From: Verrucomicrobiales bacterium
GTDB taxonomy: Bacteria > Verrucomicrobiota > Verrucomicrobiia > Verrucomicrobiales > V1-33
Reading direction: 5' to 3'
DNA: 64,000 nucleotides
NCBI GenBank assembly: GCA_031411295.1
Contig: JANOAV010000057.1
Span: 35,204 to 99,203 of the forward strand
Positions within the stretch are counted from its first letter, which is position 1, and every line of letters begins with the position of its first letter. Shown in pieces: positions 36,591-46,864 of this stretch. The position numbers and the translations under genes are program-made. The notes under the pieces were generated by a model, which saw only the letters and a list, made by a program, of their open reading frames with translations, was not told the origin of the DNA and ran no database searches.

Positions 36591-37454
36591 TTATTTGGCC
36601 TTGCCGACATGTTGCTCCACGAATTCGACCATTAATTTCCGCGCAGCCTCATCGGTAAACATGGGTCCACCATGATCGGCGTTAGGGTAGATCTGTAGCT
36701 TGGATTCCACCCCGGCTTTCTCCAAGGCGGCGTAAAGGTCACGACTTTGTTGCACTGGCACCAGCGAGTCCTTATCACCATGCATCAACAGCATGGGGGC
36801 ACTGTTTTTATCCACAAAATAAAGGGGGCTGGCTTTCTTGGCCAGAGCTTGATGCTCCATGACCGGCCCACCGAAGAGCCTCGCCACCGGATCTGCCTTC
36901 TGGCTGGGTTTGATGATGGTGCCGTCTTCCCAATGCAGGAAATCCGCTGGACCAAACCAGTTAATGACACAGGAAACTGCGCTCGACTGATCCAAGTTCT
37001 CCCCCACGTCAAATTCCTTTGTTTGCCCGGTCGTGCCTAACATCGCAACAAGATGTCCCCCGGCACTGGCTCCCCAGGCGGCCACGCGGCTTTTGTCGAT
37101 TTTATACTTCTCCGCATTGGCGCGCAGGAAACGCACCGCCGCCTTGCAGTCTTCGATCTGGGCCGGGAAGACAGCGTGTTGGCTGAAACGATAGTTCAGA
37201 CTCGCCACCACCCATCCCTTCGCCACCATGCCGACGGCAGGACAATTCTCTTTGCTTCCTTCCTTCCAGGCTCCGCCATGAATCCAGACCAGTAGCGGGC
37301 AGGCGGAAGCTACCCCAGGCGGCACGAACAGATCCAGCTTCTGGCGCTCATGGCCGTTCGGCACATAGGGCACATTCTTGGAAACGGCTGGAGCCTCCGC
37401 CGCAGCGAAGGAAATCCCAGCAAGAAAACAACAGAGCATGAGACGTAGATTCAT
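36591..37454 (-). CDS. Secreted alpha/beta hydrolase (esterase/lipase)
   Basis: IHGGAW, GASAGG, HGDKD, DHG; signal peptide from MNLRLML. Confidence 0.9.
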   Translation of the reverse strand: MNLRLMLCCFLAGISFAAAEAPAVSKNVPYVPNGHERQKLDLFVPPGVASACPLLVWIHGGAWKEGSKENCPAVGMVAKGWVVASLNYRFSQHAVFPAQIEDCKAAVRFLRANAEKYKIDKSRVAAWGASAGGHLVAMLGTTGQTKEFDVGENLDQSSAVSCVINWFGPADFLHWEDGTIIKPSQKADPVARLFGGPVMEHQALAKKASPLYFVDKNSAPMLLMHGDKDSLVPVQQSRDLYAALEKAGVESKLQIYPNADHGGPMFTDEAARKLMVEFVEQHVGKAK

Positions 37455-37573
37455 GGCGGCATTGTGCGTCACAGCGCCACGGTGTCAGCCAGAATTTCTC
37501 CCACGTTTTCGGTATCAGTGGTCGGAGCTATTCCGCTTCCCTTTCTTGGCAGAAACGGTATCCTCACCGCATC

Positions 37574-38128
37574 ATGAGCGACTATAATCCATATCAAGCA
37601 TCCTCTGTTCCTGGTCTCGCTGGGACCGGAGCCAACCCAGGCGGTGGCATCTCTCCTACCGTCATCTCCCATTTGTCCCGCACCAAACCGTGGGTGCAGT
37701 TCCTTGGAATTTTGGGCATGATCATTTCAGGACTCATATTGCTGGCGGCCTTGTTCGCCATGGTTGGTGGAGCCTCCGCTGGTAATGTCCTCTTCCGAGG
37801 AGCAGCAGGCGTGCCCCCAGCGGCCGCCATGATGGTCCTGGGGGTCGTTTATCTGCTAATCGGAGCAGTTTACTTTTTCATTTCCTTCAAACTCTTCGGT
37901 TACGGTTCGGGCATTGGCAGCTTGCGCTACTCAGGCCAGATTGAGCATCTCGAACTAGCCTTGGATCGGCAACGCAGCGTGTGGAAGTCCATTGGCATCC
38001 TGATGGTGATCATGATGGTTGTCTGGGTGTTGGGCGTCATTGCGATGCTAGTTTTCGCCACTCGCATGGCGGGCGAAGCCAGTAGAAGCTTCCCGCCGCC
38101 TATCTCCACACCCTCTGCTCCAGAGTGA
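37574..38128 (+). CDS. Membrane protein, DUF5362-like
   Basis: NPYQ N-terminus, TKPWVQFLGILG, three TM helices, QRSVWK..GI. Confidence 0.7.
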   Translation: MSDYNPYQASSVPGLAGTGANPGGGISPTVISHLSRTKPWVQFLGILGMIISGLILLAALFAMVGGASAGNVLFRGAAGVPPAAAMMVLGVVYLLIGAVYFFISFKLFGYGSGIGSLRYSGQIEHLELALDRQRSVWKSIGILMVIMMVVWVLGVIAMLVFATRMAGEASRSFPPPISTPSAPE

Positions 38129-38148
38129 AGGGGGCCAGCGCGCTCTCA

Positions 38149-38772
38149 CTATAATCCGAAATCCAGCGTCATCTGCGCCACTGGCGCAAAGCTGTTGCGA
38201 TGAATCTTACACGGGCCATGCTTCTGCAGGGCTGCCAGATGCAACTTGGTGCCGTAGCCCTTATGCTGGGCGAAGCCATAGCCGGGAAATTCAACATCGT
38301 AGGCTTCCATTAAGTGGTCCCGCTCCACCTTGGCCAAAATGCTCGCAGCAGCGATGCTCAAGGATAATCCATCGCCTCCCACTAGCGCCTGCTGCGGAAA
38401 CGGAAACCCTTTCACCGGCAAGCCGTCGATCAGCACCATCTCCGGATCCACCCCCAGCGCCCGCACTGCTCGTTCCATCGCCATGTGCGTGGCGCGGAGA
38501 ATGTTGTGCCGATCAATTTCCTCCACCGTGGCGATGGCCGTCGCTAACTGAAGTCGCGAGTCTGCTTTCAGCTCATGATAAATTTTCTCCCGCTGGGCTG
38601 CCGTGAGCTTTTTGCTATCGGTTAGTTTGAGGTGAGTGAAATCCGCCGGCAAGATCGTAGCCCCCGCCACCACGGGGCCAGCCAATGGTCCGCGGCCCGC
38701 TTCATCCACGCCGATGATGACGCCAAGGCCCGCCGCGCGATGCTGATTCTCGTAATCCAAGGAACAACTCAT
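38149..38772 (-). CDS. rnhB: Ribonuclease HII
   Basis: GVDEAGRGPLAGPV, DSKKL, SIAAASILAKV, HKGYGT. Confidence 0.97.
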   Translation of the reverse strand: MSCSLDYENQHRAAGLGVIIGVDEAGRGPLAGPVVAGATILPADFTHLKLTDSKKLTAAQREKIYHELKADSRLQLATAIATVEEIDRHNILRATHMAMERAVRALGVDPEMVLIDGLPVKGFPFPQQALVGGDGLSLSIAAASILAKVERDHLMEAYDVEFPGYGFAQHKGYGTKLHLAALQKHGPCKIHRNSFAPVAQMTLDFGL

Positions 38773-39512
38773 GGTCCGATCAGGGCGAGGAATTCCACAT
38801 TGCCATCGGTGCCCTTGATGGGCGACTCCATGACGTTTTTCCATTTCAGTTCGGTGTGTTCTTCGATGAAGAGCCGGATCTTATTCACCGCACGTTGATG
38901 CAGGGCGGGATCCCGCACGATGCCGCCTTTGCCAACGTCGTCCCGTGTTAGTTCGAACTGTGGTTTGATCAGACAAATGATTTGTCCACGCGCCGGATCT
39001 AGCGTGCGAATGACCGGGCCGAGCACGAGGGTGAGGGAGATGAAGGAAACATCAAACACGGCCAGATCGATTGGGTCCGGGACGTCTGCAGGATCGAGAT
39101 GGCGCAGGTTGAATTGCTCCCGCGCGATGACCCGTGGATCATTGCGAATCTTCCAGGCCAATTGATTGGTGCCCACGTCGAAGGCATAGACTTTGGCCGC
39201 TCCTGCCTGGAGCAAGCAATCAGTGAATCCTCCGGTGGAAGCCCCCGCATCCAAACAAGTGAAACCCTCCGGCTCCACCCCAAAGGTCAACAGCGCTCCC
39301 TCCAGCTTTAACCCGCCCCGGCTCACAAAGCGGGGCTTCACCTTCAAGTCCACGCGATCCCCTGTTTTCACGGAAACACTAGCCTTGTCCACCACGCGGT
39401 CATTCACCATGACTTCCCCCGCAATGATCAACCGCTGCGCCATCTGACGACTTTCGCAAAGCCCGCGCGTCACCAAACTAACATCCAATCGTTGTTTTTC
39501 AGGTTTTTCCAC
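38769..39512 (-). CDS. tlyA: TlyA family rRNA 2'-O-methyltransferase
   Basis: S4 domain RLD..LV.RGL, FVSRGGLKL, DAGASTGGFTD, DVSFISL, IKPQFE. Confidence 0.96.
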   Translation of the reverse strand: MEKPEKQRLDVSLVTRGLCESRQMAQRLIIAGEVMVNDRVVDKASVSVKTGDRVDLKVKPRFVSRGGLKLEGALLTFGVEPEGFTCLDAGASTGGFTDCLLQAGAAKVYAFDVGTNQLAWKIRNDPRVIAREQFNLRHLDPADVPDPIDLAVFDVSFISLTLVLGPVIRTLDPARGQIICLIKPQFELTRDDVGKGGIVRDPALHQRAVNKIRLFIEEHTELKWKNVMESPIKGTDGNVEFLALIGP

Positions 39513-39517
39513 AATGA

Positions 39518-40633
39518 TTAGGCTTCAGGGGCAAATTCTGCGTCATTAATGGCGTCGATTAACTCGCGCAGGCGACCATAGTTGCCGCGCTTGGGCTTGA
39601 AGACCAGACGGGGCAACTCCAGCAACTCCGGCTGATCCGCCTCCGCCTTGAGCGCCCCCCGTTGCACGATCTCCCCATCCAGGATCAGATCCCGGAAATT
39701 CTTGTTTAAGATATAAACCTCCTCCGCTCGGATTTTCTTGTGCAAGCGAATCGACAACCGCTCCCGCACATTGCGATAACTGTGGAAGACTTTGTAAAAT
39801 TTCTGAATGTGACTGACCGCCTCCGCCACATTATCCGTGACATGGAAGAGCGAGAAATCATCCTCTGAGATCAGTTTACGTGACAGCAGATGTCCGCGCA
39901 CGAACGCCAGGAACCCGGTCCAGTAGTCGCCTCCCGGAGCATCCACCATGACGATGGGGAGGATCTGGGATTTCCCCGTCTGAATCAACGTCAGCAATTC
40001 GAACCCTTCGTCCATCGTCCCAAACCCGCCGGGGAACAAGGCTACGGCCTCTGCCTCTTTGACGAATGTCAGCTTGCGCGTGAAGAAATAGTTGAAGTTG
40101 ATCAGTTTCTTATCACCCCCAATCGATGGGTTGGCCTCCTGCTCGAAGGGCAGTTTGATGTTCAGTCCGAAACTATTTTCCCGCCCTGCTCCGCGTTGCC
40201 CAGCGCCCATGATGCCATCGCCCGCGCCTGTGATAACCATGAAATCCTGCTCCACCATGGCCCGCGCAAAGGTCTCCGCAGCCACGGCCTCGGGATTCTC
40301 CGGCTTGGTGCGGGCACTGCCGTAAATGACGACTTTCTTGCGATGGTTATACGGAAAGAAAACCCGATTAGCCGCCCGCAGCTCGCGCAGGGTGCGATTA
40401 AGCAACTTTAAATCAGCCGTGCTAATTTCCTGCCGGGAAAATTTCAAGGCATTGATCACCAACTCCTCTGTCAGCGGACCATGACTGGTGCCGCCATAAG
40501 CCTGCACCAATTCGTGAATTTTCTTGTCGATCGTTCTCTCACCAATGGTCAGCGGTTGTTCCGGTGCGCCCAGAATACCGCCAGCGGTGAAGTCCCGGCC
40601 GGCGGGTTCGATGTTAGGATCAATGGGAATCAT
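39518..40633 (-). CDS. LOG family (nucleotide phosphoribohydrolase-like) protein
   Basis: YGSART, ITGAGDGIM, FNYFFTRK, PGGFGTMDE. Confidence 0.92.
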   Translation of the reverse strand: MIPIDPNIEPAGRDFTAGGILGAPEQPLTIGERTIDKKIHELVQAYGGTSHGPLTEELVINALKFSRQEISTADLKLLNRTLRELRAANRVFFPYNHRKKVVIYGSARTKPENPEAVAAETFARAMVEQDFMVITGAGDGIMGAGQRGAGRENSFGLNIKLPFEQEANPSIGGDKKLINFNYFFTRKLTFVKEAEAVALFPGGFGTMDEGFELLTLIQTGKSQILPIVMVDAPGGDYWTGFLAFVRGHLLSRKLISEDDFSLFHVTDNVAEAVSHIQKFYKVFHSYRNVRERLSIRLHKKIRAEEVYILNKNFRDLILDGEIVQRGALKAEADQPELLELPRLVFKPKRGNYGRLRELIDAINDAEFAPEA

Positions 40634-40639
40634 GCCGGA

Positions 40640-41185
40640 TTATTGCTCGAAGATTTTGACCAGGTCGGCAAACCCCTCCTTCACCAAATCCTCCTTGGGA
40701 ATAAATCTGAGGCTGGCGGAGTTGATGCAATACCGCAGCCCGCCTTGGTCAGCCGGACCATCAGGAAAAACATGGCCGAGATGGGCCTGGCCGGTCGCGG
40801 AGCGGACTTCGGTGCGCACCATCATATGAGACATATCGGCTTTTTCCTCCACTTCCTTGGCATCCACCGGCTTGGTAAAGCTGGGCCAGCCGCAACCGGA
40901 GTCGAACTTGTCTTTGGAGGAGAAGAGCGGCTTTCCGGAAATGATATCCACATAAATTCCTTCGCGATGATTATCCCAGAATTCATTCTTAAAGGGCGGT
41001 TCGGTGCCGTTACGCTGGGTGACTTCGTATTGGATGGGAGTGAGGCGGGATTTGAGATCGGAGGACATGGATGATTTACGGTATTTGGTGGCAATATGGT
41101 CCGGGAGCTTGTTGGCCACAAGGATGAGACCAATGATCAGGCCCAGGGCGAAAACGCCAAAAGTCTTGAACGGGAAGGATTCCAT
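40640..41185 (-). CDS. msrB: Peptide-methionine (R)-S-oxide reductase, possible N-terminal membrane anchor
   Basis: [36 protein letters not shown]; alternative start at 41068. Confidence 0.95.
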   Translation of the reverse strand: MESFPFKTFGVFALGLIIGLILVANKLPDHIATKYRKSSMSSDLKSRLTPIQYEVTQRNGTEPPFKNEFWDNHREGIYVDIISGKPLFSSKDKFDSGCGWPSFTKPVDAKEVEEKADMSHMMVRTEVRSATGQAHLGHVFPDGPADQGGLRYCINSASLRFIPKEDLVKEGFADLVKIFEQ

Positions 41186-41245
41186 ACCGTAATCGATACC
41201 TGATTCCCGCCAGAGGTAAACCTAAAATGTCGCTATGTGCGTCAC

Positions 41246-41391
41246 GGCGGCTTTTTGCACATTCAAGGAGTGGGGCTTTGAAAGGCCCGCACACAAGCAT
41301 GGGTATTGCTCAGCTCAATTTACTATCCTATCATGATGATGGGGCTTGCAAAGCCCCACTCCTTGGAAAGAGGCCCGTGCAAAAATCCGCC
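41246..41391. mobile_element. ~146-bp MITE/REPIN-like non-coding element, copy 1
   Basis: Terminal inverted repeats GGCGGCTTTTTGCAC / GTGCAAAAATCCGCC and two internal GGGGCTT..AAG(C/G)CCC hairpins; about 20 differences from the reverse complement of 48190-48334 by manual alignment. Confidence 0.75.
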
Positions 41392-41603
41392 CGGTTAAGT
41401 GCGCCAAGTGAGCGAAGCCATGTCGAATTATCTTGAGTAGCGAATCTACGGTTGCTCGCATCAGGGGATGTTCAGAAAATCTTTAGCTTGGCTTCTGCTG
41501 CCACTCCCGCTTCTCAGCCAAATCGCTCCTGCGGAAGAACCGTCCAATGCAGCGGAATGTGCGACAACCCGCAGACTTGGGTGCTCAACTGCGCTTGATT
41601 CCA

Positions 41604-41656
41604 ATGGCGGAGAGACTTCGCCACTCAACTGGGAGTGGCGTGACTCCGTCCGCCAT
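41604..41656. repeat. REP-like doublet forming a long imperfect hairpin
   Basis: ATGGCGGAGAGACTTCGCCACTC-AACTGG-GAGTGGCGTGACTCCGTCCGCCAT; arms match units at 6263 and 6359; lies just downstream of the DUF1592 gene. Confidence 0.75.
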
Positions 41657-41708
41657 ACCCCCTACCATTCCAGGTAGCCGGCATGCTAGTGCTGCCATTC
41701 CTCATGAA

Positions 41709-44264
41709 CTACTTCCGCCCAAAAACCGCGCTCACGACCACTTCCTCGATCAATGTGCGCAGGCCGCCGCCGTTGGCTTTGGTTTGCTCCGCGATCTTGG
41801 CCACGGCGGTGCGATCTGCGAAATCCAAGTTCGCTCCGGTGCCATACACCAGCAGTTTTCCGGCCACTGCGCGGAGCACGGTGTCGGAGTCGGCTAGCAG
41901 TAGCTTTTTGAAACTTGTGATATCGGTAAACGTCTGCCCATCCGGCAGTTGGCCAGTAGAGTCCACGGGCAGGCCCAGCTTGTATTGCCAGATGTCGTTG
42001 CCCCGAAGTTTGCCGGGCACTCGGTCGCCTTTGTCATTGGAACGATAACGCTCCCGCCATCCGCCAATGACATCGAAGCTCTCCAGCGCGAAGCCGGGCG
42101 GATCGATATTGCGATGGCAGGAATTGCACGTTTCCGAGGACCGATGCTTCGCGAGCAACTCGCGCACGGTGGTGGCACCGCGCGTGTCGGGTTCAATGGC
42201 TGGCACGGGTGGTGGCGGGGCGGGCGGTTTTCCTAACAGCCGTTTCATGACCCAGGTTCCCCGGACCACGGGCGAGGTTGTCGTGCCGTTGGCGGTCACT
42301 TTCAAAATGGCCGCCTGAGTCAGCAAACCGCCACGGGGACTTCCTGCTGGCACGGCTACGCGCTGATATTGTTCGGTTGTGGCGCCCGGGACATCGTAGT
42401 GACGGCCCAGGCGACGATTAATCATCAGCCAGTCGCTCTGAATGAAATCCGTGATGGGTCGATTCTCCCGCACCATTTCCGCAAAGAACGCCTCAGTCTC
42501 ACCTACCATGGATCGCTTCAGGACTTCGTCGAACTCAGGATACAATTTCATGTCAGGCGAAGTGGCATCGATGGTGCGCAGCCCCAACCATTGACCCGTG
42601 AAGTTGCGCACAAACTGTCCGGCCCGTTCGTGTTGCAACATCCGTCGCACTTGGGCTCGGAGCACATCTGGTTTGGATAATCCATCCTGCTGCGCCAACG
42701 TTAGCAGTTCCTCATCCGGTGGCCCGCTCCAAAGAAAATAGCTCAACCGATTCGCCATGGCAAAGCCGTTCAACGGACCGGGACGTTCATCAAACAAGAG
42801 AAACTGCGGAGAAGTTAGGATTGCCTTGATCCCCGTGCGCAGCGCCTCGGTAAATGAAGCCCCCTCTGCGAGCGCCGTCTGCGCCAACTTCACGGTGGCA
42901 TCCGTTTCGCCCGGTTCCAACGGACGACGAAATGCCCGGGCCGCTACGACGGGAAGTTGCGCAGCCAGGGCAGCCGCCGCATCCTCTGGCATTAGTTCGA
43001 AGGCCACGTGTTCGCCATTCCGCCACGGGTATTTCCCTTCTGCATAATCTTTCCGTGGCACGTTTCCCGCCACGCGTTCGATGCTCTGGGGCGGCCAACT
43101 TTCGCTCAGTGGACCCTCGATTTCCACCCACTGAATCGCCATGCCCACGCCTTCATAAATGGCCGCATCCGTGCCCCAATTGCTTTTCCCTTTGTCGTCG
43201 AAATTGGTATCGAATGGCGCAATCCGCAGGAAATCTCCGGCAGCCAGGCGGGTGGTCACTTCCACCACCCGAGGCTTATCGGGGGGCAATTCCCAGGTGC
43301 CGATGATGCTGCGTTGCTTATGGTTGTCGGTCATCGCCAGTAACGTCACCGGTTCCCCACGACTTTGAAATCCGGAGCCGGAGATCCGGATGGTGTAAGT
43401 GCCGGCACGCTCCGCTTTCACATTAGTTAGTCCAAGTTGATAGGTATCAGTAAAGAACGCCACGGCACCGTCCACTTTGCGAAAGAGCACCTGATGTTTC
43501 TCCGGACTTCCATCGCCCTTGGGGGTGCCTTGGGGCTTCTCGATATTCTCCGCGATGTCTTTTTTGTCCGTCAACGCGAACCGCTCCTTCTTTCGTGGAA
43601 CCGGTGGAGCTACGTTTAGAGCCGCGTCCAACGCCAAGTCGGCCGCTTCGAGATATTTCTCAATCTGCAGCTGGGAAAACCGCAGCCCGTCTGCCACCGT
43701 ATCAAACGCCTGCCCGGAGCTTTCTTCCGGCAATACCTGCTGCAGCGGCACATCAATTCCCAGCAGCCACTGGACCGTGTTTTCATATTCCGTCCGATTC
43801 AAGCGTCGCAACCCCGTGCGTCCGCGTGCAGCCTGCTGCTTGATTCCCAGCTCGCGCAGCGGATTCGCCACACTGGTTAGGAAAGCGGCCTGCACTGTAG
43901 GCTCAGGCTTGGTTTTATTCGGTGGCGGCATTTCGCCTCGATCCACTCGATCATGGATTTTCTCCCAACGAGCCGCATTGCCCTTCTCCGCTGGATTCCA
44001 CGTTAGCGTTGTTAAATCTAGTCCGCCTTTCTTTGTTTCTCCATCGTGGCAATCCACGCAACTGGCGGTGGTAAAGAATGTTTTATCCTGCGCGGAAGCC
44101 GTAACCATCAATGCTCCCATGAGCACATGAACCAGGGCAAGGGTTCGGCCCCCCCTGTGGAGGGCGACGTGAGGAGACCAGCATCGCGTTAGGCTCGTTA
44201 GGTTTGGCGTGAGCGGGGTCTCGTTAACTCGCCATCCACTTTGGTAATTCTGCACGGCTCGCAT
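41709..44264 (-). CDS. Planctomycete-type cytochrome c protein (DUF1592/PSD family)
   Basis: CVDCH and CNSCH heme motifs, RRLNRTEY, RLSYFLWS, TSPVVRG, DPPGFALESFD; start uncertain (44264 or 44120). Confidence 0.9.
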   Translation of the reverse strand: MRAVQNYQSGWRVNETPLTPNLTSLTRCWSPHVALHRGGRTLALVHVLMGALMVTASAQDKTFFTTASCVDCHDGETKKGGLDLTTLTWNPAEKGNAARWEKIHDRVDRGEMPPPNKTKPEPTVQAAFLTSVANPLRELGIKQQAARGRTGLRRLNRTEYENTVQWLLGIDVPLQQVLPEESSGQAFDTVADGLRFSQLQIEKYLEAADLALDAALNVAPPVPRKKERFALTDKKDIAENIEKPQGTPKGDGSPEKHQVLFRKVDGAVAFFTDTYQLGLTNVKAERAGTYTIRISGSGFQSRGEPVTLLAMTDNHKQRSIIGTWELPPDKPRVVEVTTRLAAGDFLRIAPFDTNFDDKGKSNWGTDAAIYEGVGMAIQWVEIEGPLSESWPPQSIERVAGNVPRKDYAEGKYPWRNGEHVAFELMPEDAAAALAAQLPVVAARAFRRPLEPGETDATVKLAQTALAEGASFTEALRTGIKAILTSPQFLLFDERPGPLNGFAMANRLSYFLWSGPPDEELLTLAQQDGLSKPDVLRAQVRRMLQHERAGQFVRNFTGQWLGLRTIDATSPDMKLYPEFDEVLKRSMVGETEAFFAEMVRENRPITDFIQSDWLMINRRLGRHYDVPGATTEQYQRVAVPAGSPRGGLLTQAAILKVTANGTTTSPVVRGTWVMKRLLGKPPAPPPPVPAIEPDTRGATTVRELLAKHRSSETCNSCHRNIDPPGFALESFDVIGGWRERYRSNDKGDRVPGKLRGNDIWQYKLGLPVDSTGQLPDGQTFTDITSFKKLLLADSDTVLRAVAGKLLVYGTGANLDFADRTAVAKIAEQTKANGGGLRTLIEEVVVSAVFGRK

Positions 44265-44274
44265 GGATTCAAAA

Positions 44275-45546
44275 TTACACCGTTTCCAGACCTGGCACGG
44301 AGGCTCCGTTGCTGCTGCCGAAGGCATCGATTTCAATGCCATTACGCTGCAGCACTTGCACGAAAAGATTGCTCAGCGGGGTGTTGTTCTTTTCATCCAA
44401 TTGCAAATGCTGTCCATGCTTGAATCCACCACCCGCCAGAATGATGGGCAGGTTCTTCGTATCGTGGGAGTTGGCATTTCCCAAGTTGCTACCGAAGATG
44501 ACGGAAGTCCGATTCAACAGAGTCTGCGTCCCTTCCTTGCTGGCTTTCAGGGCCGTGAGCAGCCCGCCCACCACCTCCATTTGCGCCTGCTCGACCAAAT
44601 GCAATTGGCGCAACTTATTTTCATCCTGACCATGATGGGAAAGGTTGTGGTGATCCATCTCCACGCCCGGCACTTTCGGCACGTCATTGCGACCCTGCAC
44701 CAGAATGGTGATCAACCGGGTGGAGTCCGTGCGCAGCGCCAGCGGAACCAAATCAAAGATTAACTTCATTCGCCCGATCAGATCCTTTTCCTCTTGAATG
44801 TCCTTCGGTTGGGGTTCCTCCACCTTTGGCTTGGGCTTTTGCGCCCATGCTTCCGAGGCTGCCAACCGCTGTTCCATTTCCCGCACGGAAGTGAAATATT
44901 CCTCCAACCGTTCCCGATCTTCCGCTCCCACGCGACCTTCCAGTCGCTTCACCTCACCGCTCATGCTATCCATGATGCTGCGACCCTCATGCAGCCGCCG
45001 CAGCTGCGCTTTGATTTCGTCTTTCGAGCCTTCCAGAAACAACTTGGCGAAGACTTTGGATGGCTGATGATCCGCCGGGATCATGACCCCGCTGCGGGTG
45101 AAACTCTGACTGGAATTGCTCGTCCCTAACTGCAAAGACCCATACCGCGTGACCACGCCTAATTTCTCGGCCGCCAACTGATCCACTGAAATGGAATTCC
45201 GAAACCCCGCCAGCCCTGGACTGCGCGCGGCGGTGAGCCAAGTGGATTCGGACGAGTGCCCATCCGCTCCCGCTTGATCTGGATGCGAGATCCCTGAGAA
45301 GATCGTGAAATCATTCCGCGTCCCCTTCAGCAAATCCAGATAAGGCGTAGCGGTATAGCCCTTCCCAGCTTCCTGCGGAAAGAGCGACGGTCCATGCAGG
45401 CCCAACGAAGTGCAAATCGCCACCAACCGCCGTGGCCCATTTTCAGCCGCCGCCCAAGCACGCGCAGACCACATGGATTCCAGCATCGGCAAGGCAATGG
45501 CAATACCAGTCTGGCGAAGAAACGTGCGTCGGTTCAAGGGAGTCAT
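44275..45546 (-). CDS. DUF1552 family Tat-exported protein
   Basis: Tat motif NRRTFLR, LPMLESM, SISVDQLAA, HNLSHH, NLPIILAGG. Confidence 0.92.
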   Translation of the reverse strand: MTPLNRRTFLRQTGIAIALPMLESMWSARAWAAAENGPRRLVAICTSLGLHGPSLFPQEAGKGYTATPYLDLLKGTRNDFTIFSGISHPDQAGADGHSSESTWLTAARSPGLAGFRNSISVDQLAAEKLGVVTRYGSLQLGTSNSSQSFTRSGVMIPADHQPSKVFAKLFLEGSKDEIKAQLRRLHEGRSIMDSMSGEVKRLEGRVGAEDRERLEEYFTSVREMEQRLAASEAWAQKPKPKVEEPQPKDIQEEKDLIGRMKLIFDLVPLALRTDSTRLITILVQGRNDVPKVPGVEMDHHNLSHHGQDENKLRQLHLVEQAQMEVVGGLLTALKASKEGTQTLLNRTSVIFGSNLGNANSHDTKNLPIILAGGGFKHGQHLQLDEKNNTPLSNLFVQVLQRNGIEIDAFGSSNGASVPGLETV

Positions 45547-45573
45547 GGCATGGTGGGTGTTAGTAAATTTATG

Positions 45574-46668
45574 CTAGAGCGGCGTGCCGTTATGGTCACA
45601 GACGCGGAGTTGGAAATGCCATTCTTCGGTCCACGGCTGGGTTTCTTCATTCTGGCAGCATTTCAGGAGGATGGTGTTGGGGCCTTGCTTCAGCGTAATC
45701 GGCAGCTTGTATTGATCAATGCGGAATCCCCGATGGTATTCGTCGCGCCCGAAGACAAATTTGCCGTTCAACCAAATCTTATAAGCATTGTTGGTGCCGA
45801 TGCGGATTTCCGCTGCGCCTTCGATGGGCGAATTGTATTCCGCCACCGCATAGGAAGTGACTTCCTTTAGCTTCTTGAGTTCTTTGTTGAAATCCAGCAC
45901 GCCTAACTTGTCGGTCACCTTCACTTCCTTCCAGGAAACATCGCCTTCTTTCCCGGGGTAAATTTTGCTGAATTCCAGTTCCTTTTCGGGCGGGAAAGTT
46001 TTCTCGAATCCCTCACGGCCCAGGTTCTCGAAGGGGCCGATGATGCGGTAGGTGGTGAAGAAACCAAAGTGCTTCACCAAATCCGGTTCCTGACCGAATC
46101 CCTTGAGTTCTTCGGCAATGGCCTTCACTTGATCGTCATCACGCGCGGAGGCCAGGGCCTTCGTGAAGAGCACGGGTTGCTCCGCCTTGGGCGCAGCCTT
46201 GGCCTGATCCATCACCTGTTGCACGGCCAGGCGACGCAAGTTGGCGCAGGGATCATTGAGCAGCGTTGGCAGTAGTTTGCCCGCCAAATCAGGCTTGGCG
46301 GCCACCAGCATGTCGTAAGCTAGTTCCCGCGCTTGGGGGTCCTCAGTATGCCGGTCGAGGAATTCCTGCAGGGCCGCCTGGGGCAATGTCTCTGGGTGCT
46401 TCTGCGCTCGCTCCGCAATGCTCATGGCGGCAGATTGCAGCCAATTTTTCGCCACCGGATTGGTGTCTTTCATGGCCCTCAGCACTTTGGGCAACTCCTT
46501 GGGATCCACCGCCGCAGCCACGGGCCAGGCGGCAGAGGCAGCTTCGTTTCCCTGTCCTTCCGGGCCTACTTTGGCGAGTGCGGTCAACGCATCGGCCAGC
46601 GTCACCTGGGTTGGTTCCGCAGAGAGGAACAGGGGAATAAACAACAGCAGGAGCGTGGGAAGTTTCAT
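45574..46668 (-). CDS. Secreted hypothetical protein (HEAT-like N-terminus, beta-sandwich C-terminus)
   Basis: Signal peptide MKLPTLLLLFIPLFLSA; IIGPF, KIWLNGK, LKQGPNTILLK; start trimmed to 46668. Confidence 0.78.
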   Translation of the reverse strand: MKLPTLLLLFIPLFLSAEPTQVTLADALTALAKVGPEGQGNEAASAAWPVAAAVDPKELPKVLRAMKDTNPVAKNWLQSAAMSIAERAQKHPETLPQAALQEFLDRHTEDPQARELAYDMLVAAKPDLAGKLLPTLLNDPCANLRRLAVQQVMDQAKAAPKAEQPVLFTKALASARDDDQVKAIAEELKGFGQEPDLVKHFGFFTTYRIIGPFENLGREGFEKTFPPEKELEFSKIYPGKEGDVSWKEVKVTDKLGVLDFNKELKKLKEVTSYAVAEYNSPIEGAAEIRIGTNNAYKIWLNGKFVFGRDEYHRGFRIDQYKLPITLKQGPNTILLKCCQNEETQPWTEEWHFQLRVCDHNGTPL

Positions 46669-46864
46669 GATGGAGCAATAAGGGACGGTGGTGATGGGCA
46701 GACTTAGGAAATGGACGGGAGATTTGCAAGCACCGTGATGAACGTCTTGGCGTGGGAAAGCGCGTCCTGCGGCGGTCTCCGCGGCACTCCGTCCGCCGGA
46801 GGCGCTCCTTCGCGTAGGTAAAATTTGCTGGTTCAGTGTGGGGGATCGCGCGTAGTCTGGTGCC

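Noticed and set aside
41246..41391. GGGGCTTTGAAAG hairpins resembling CRISPR repeats
   Set aside because: Only two units per element and inverted; the intervening sequence is conserved between copies rather than being unique spacers; no cas genes in the window.
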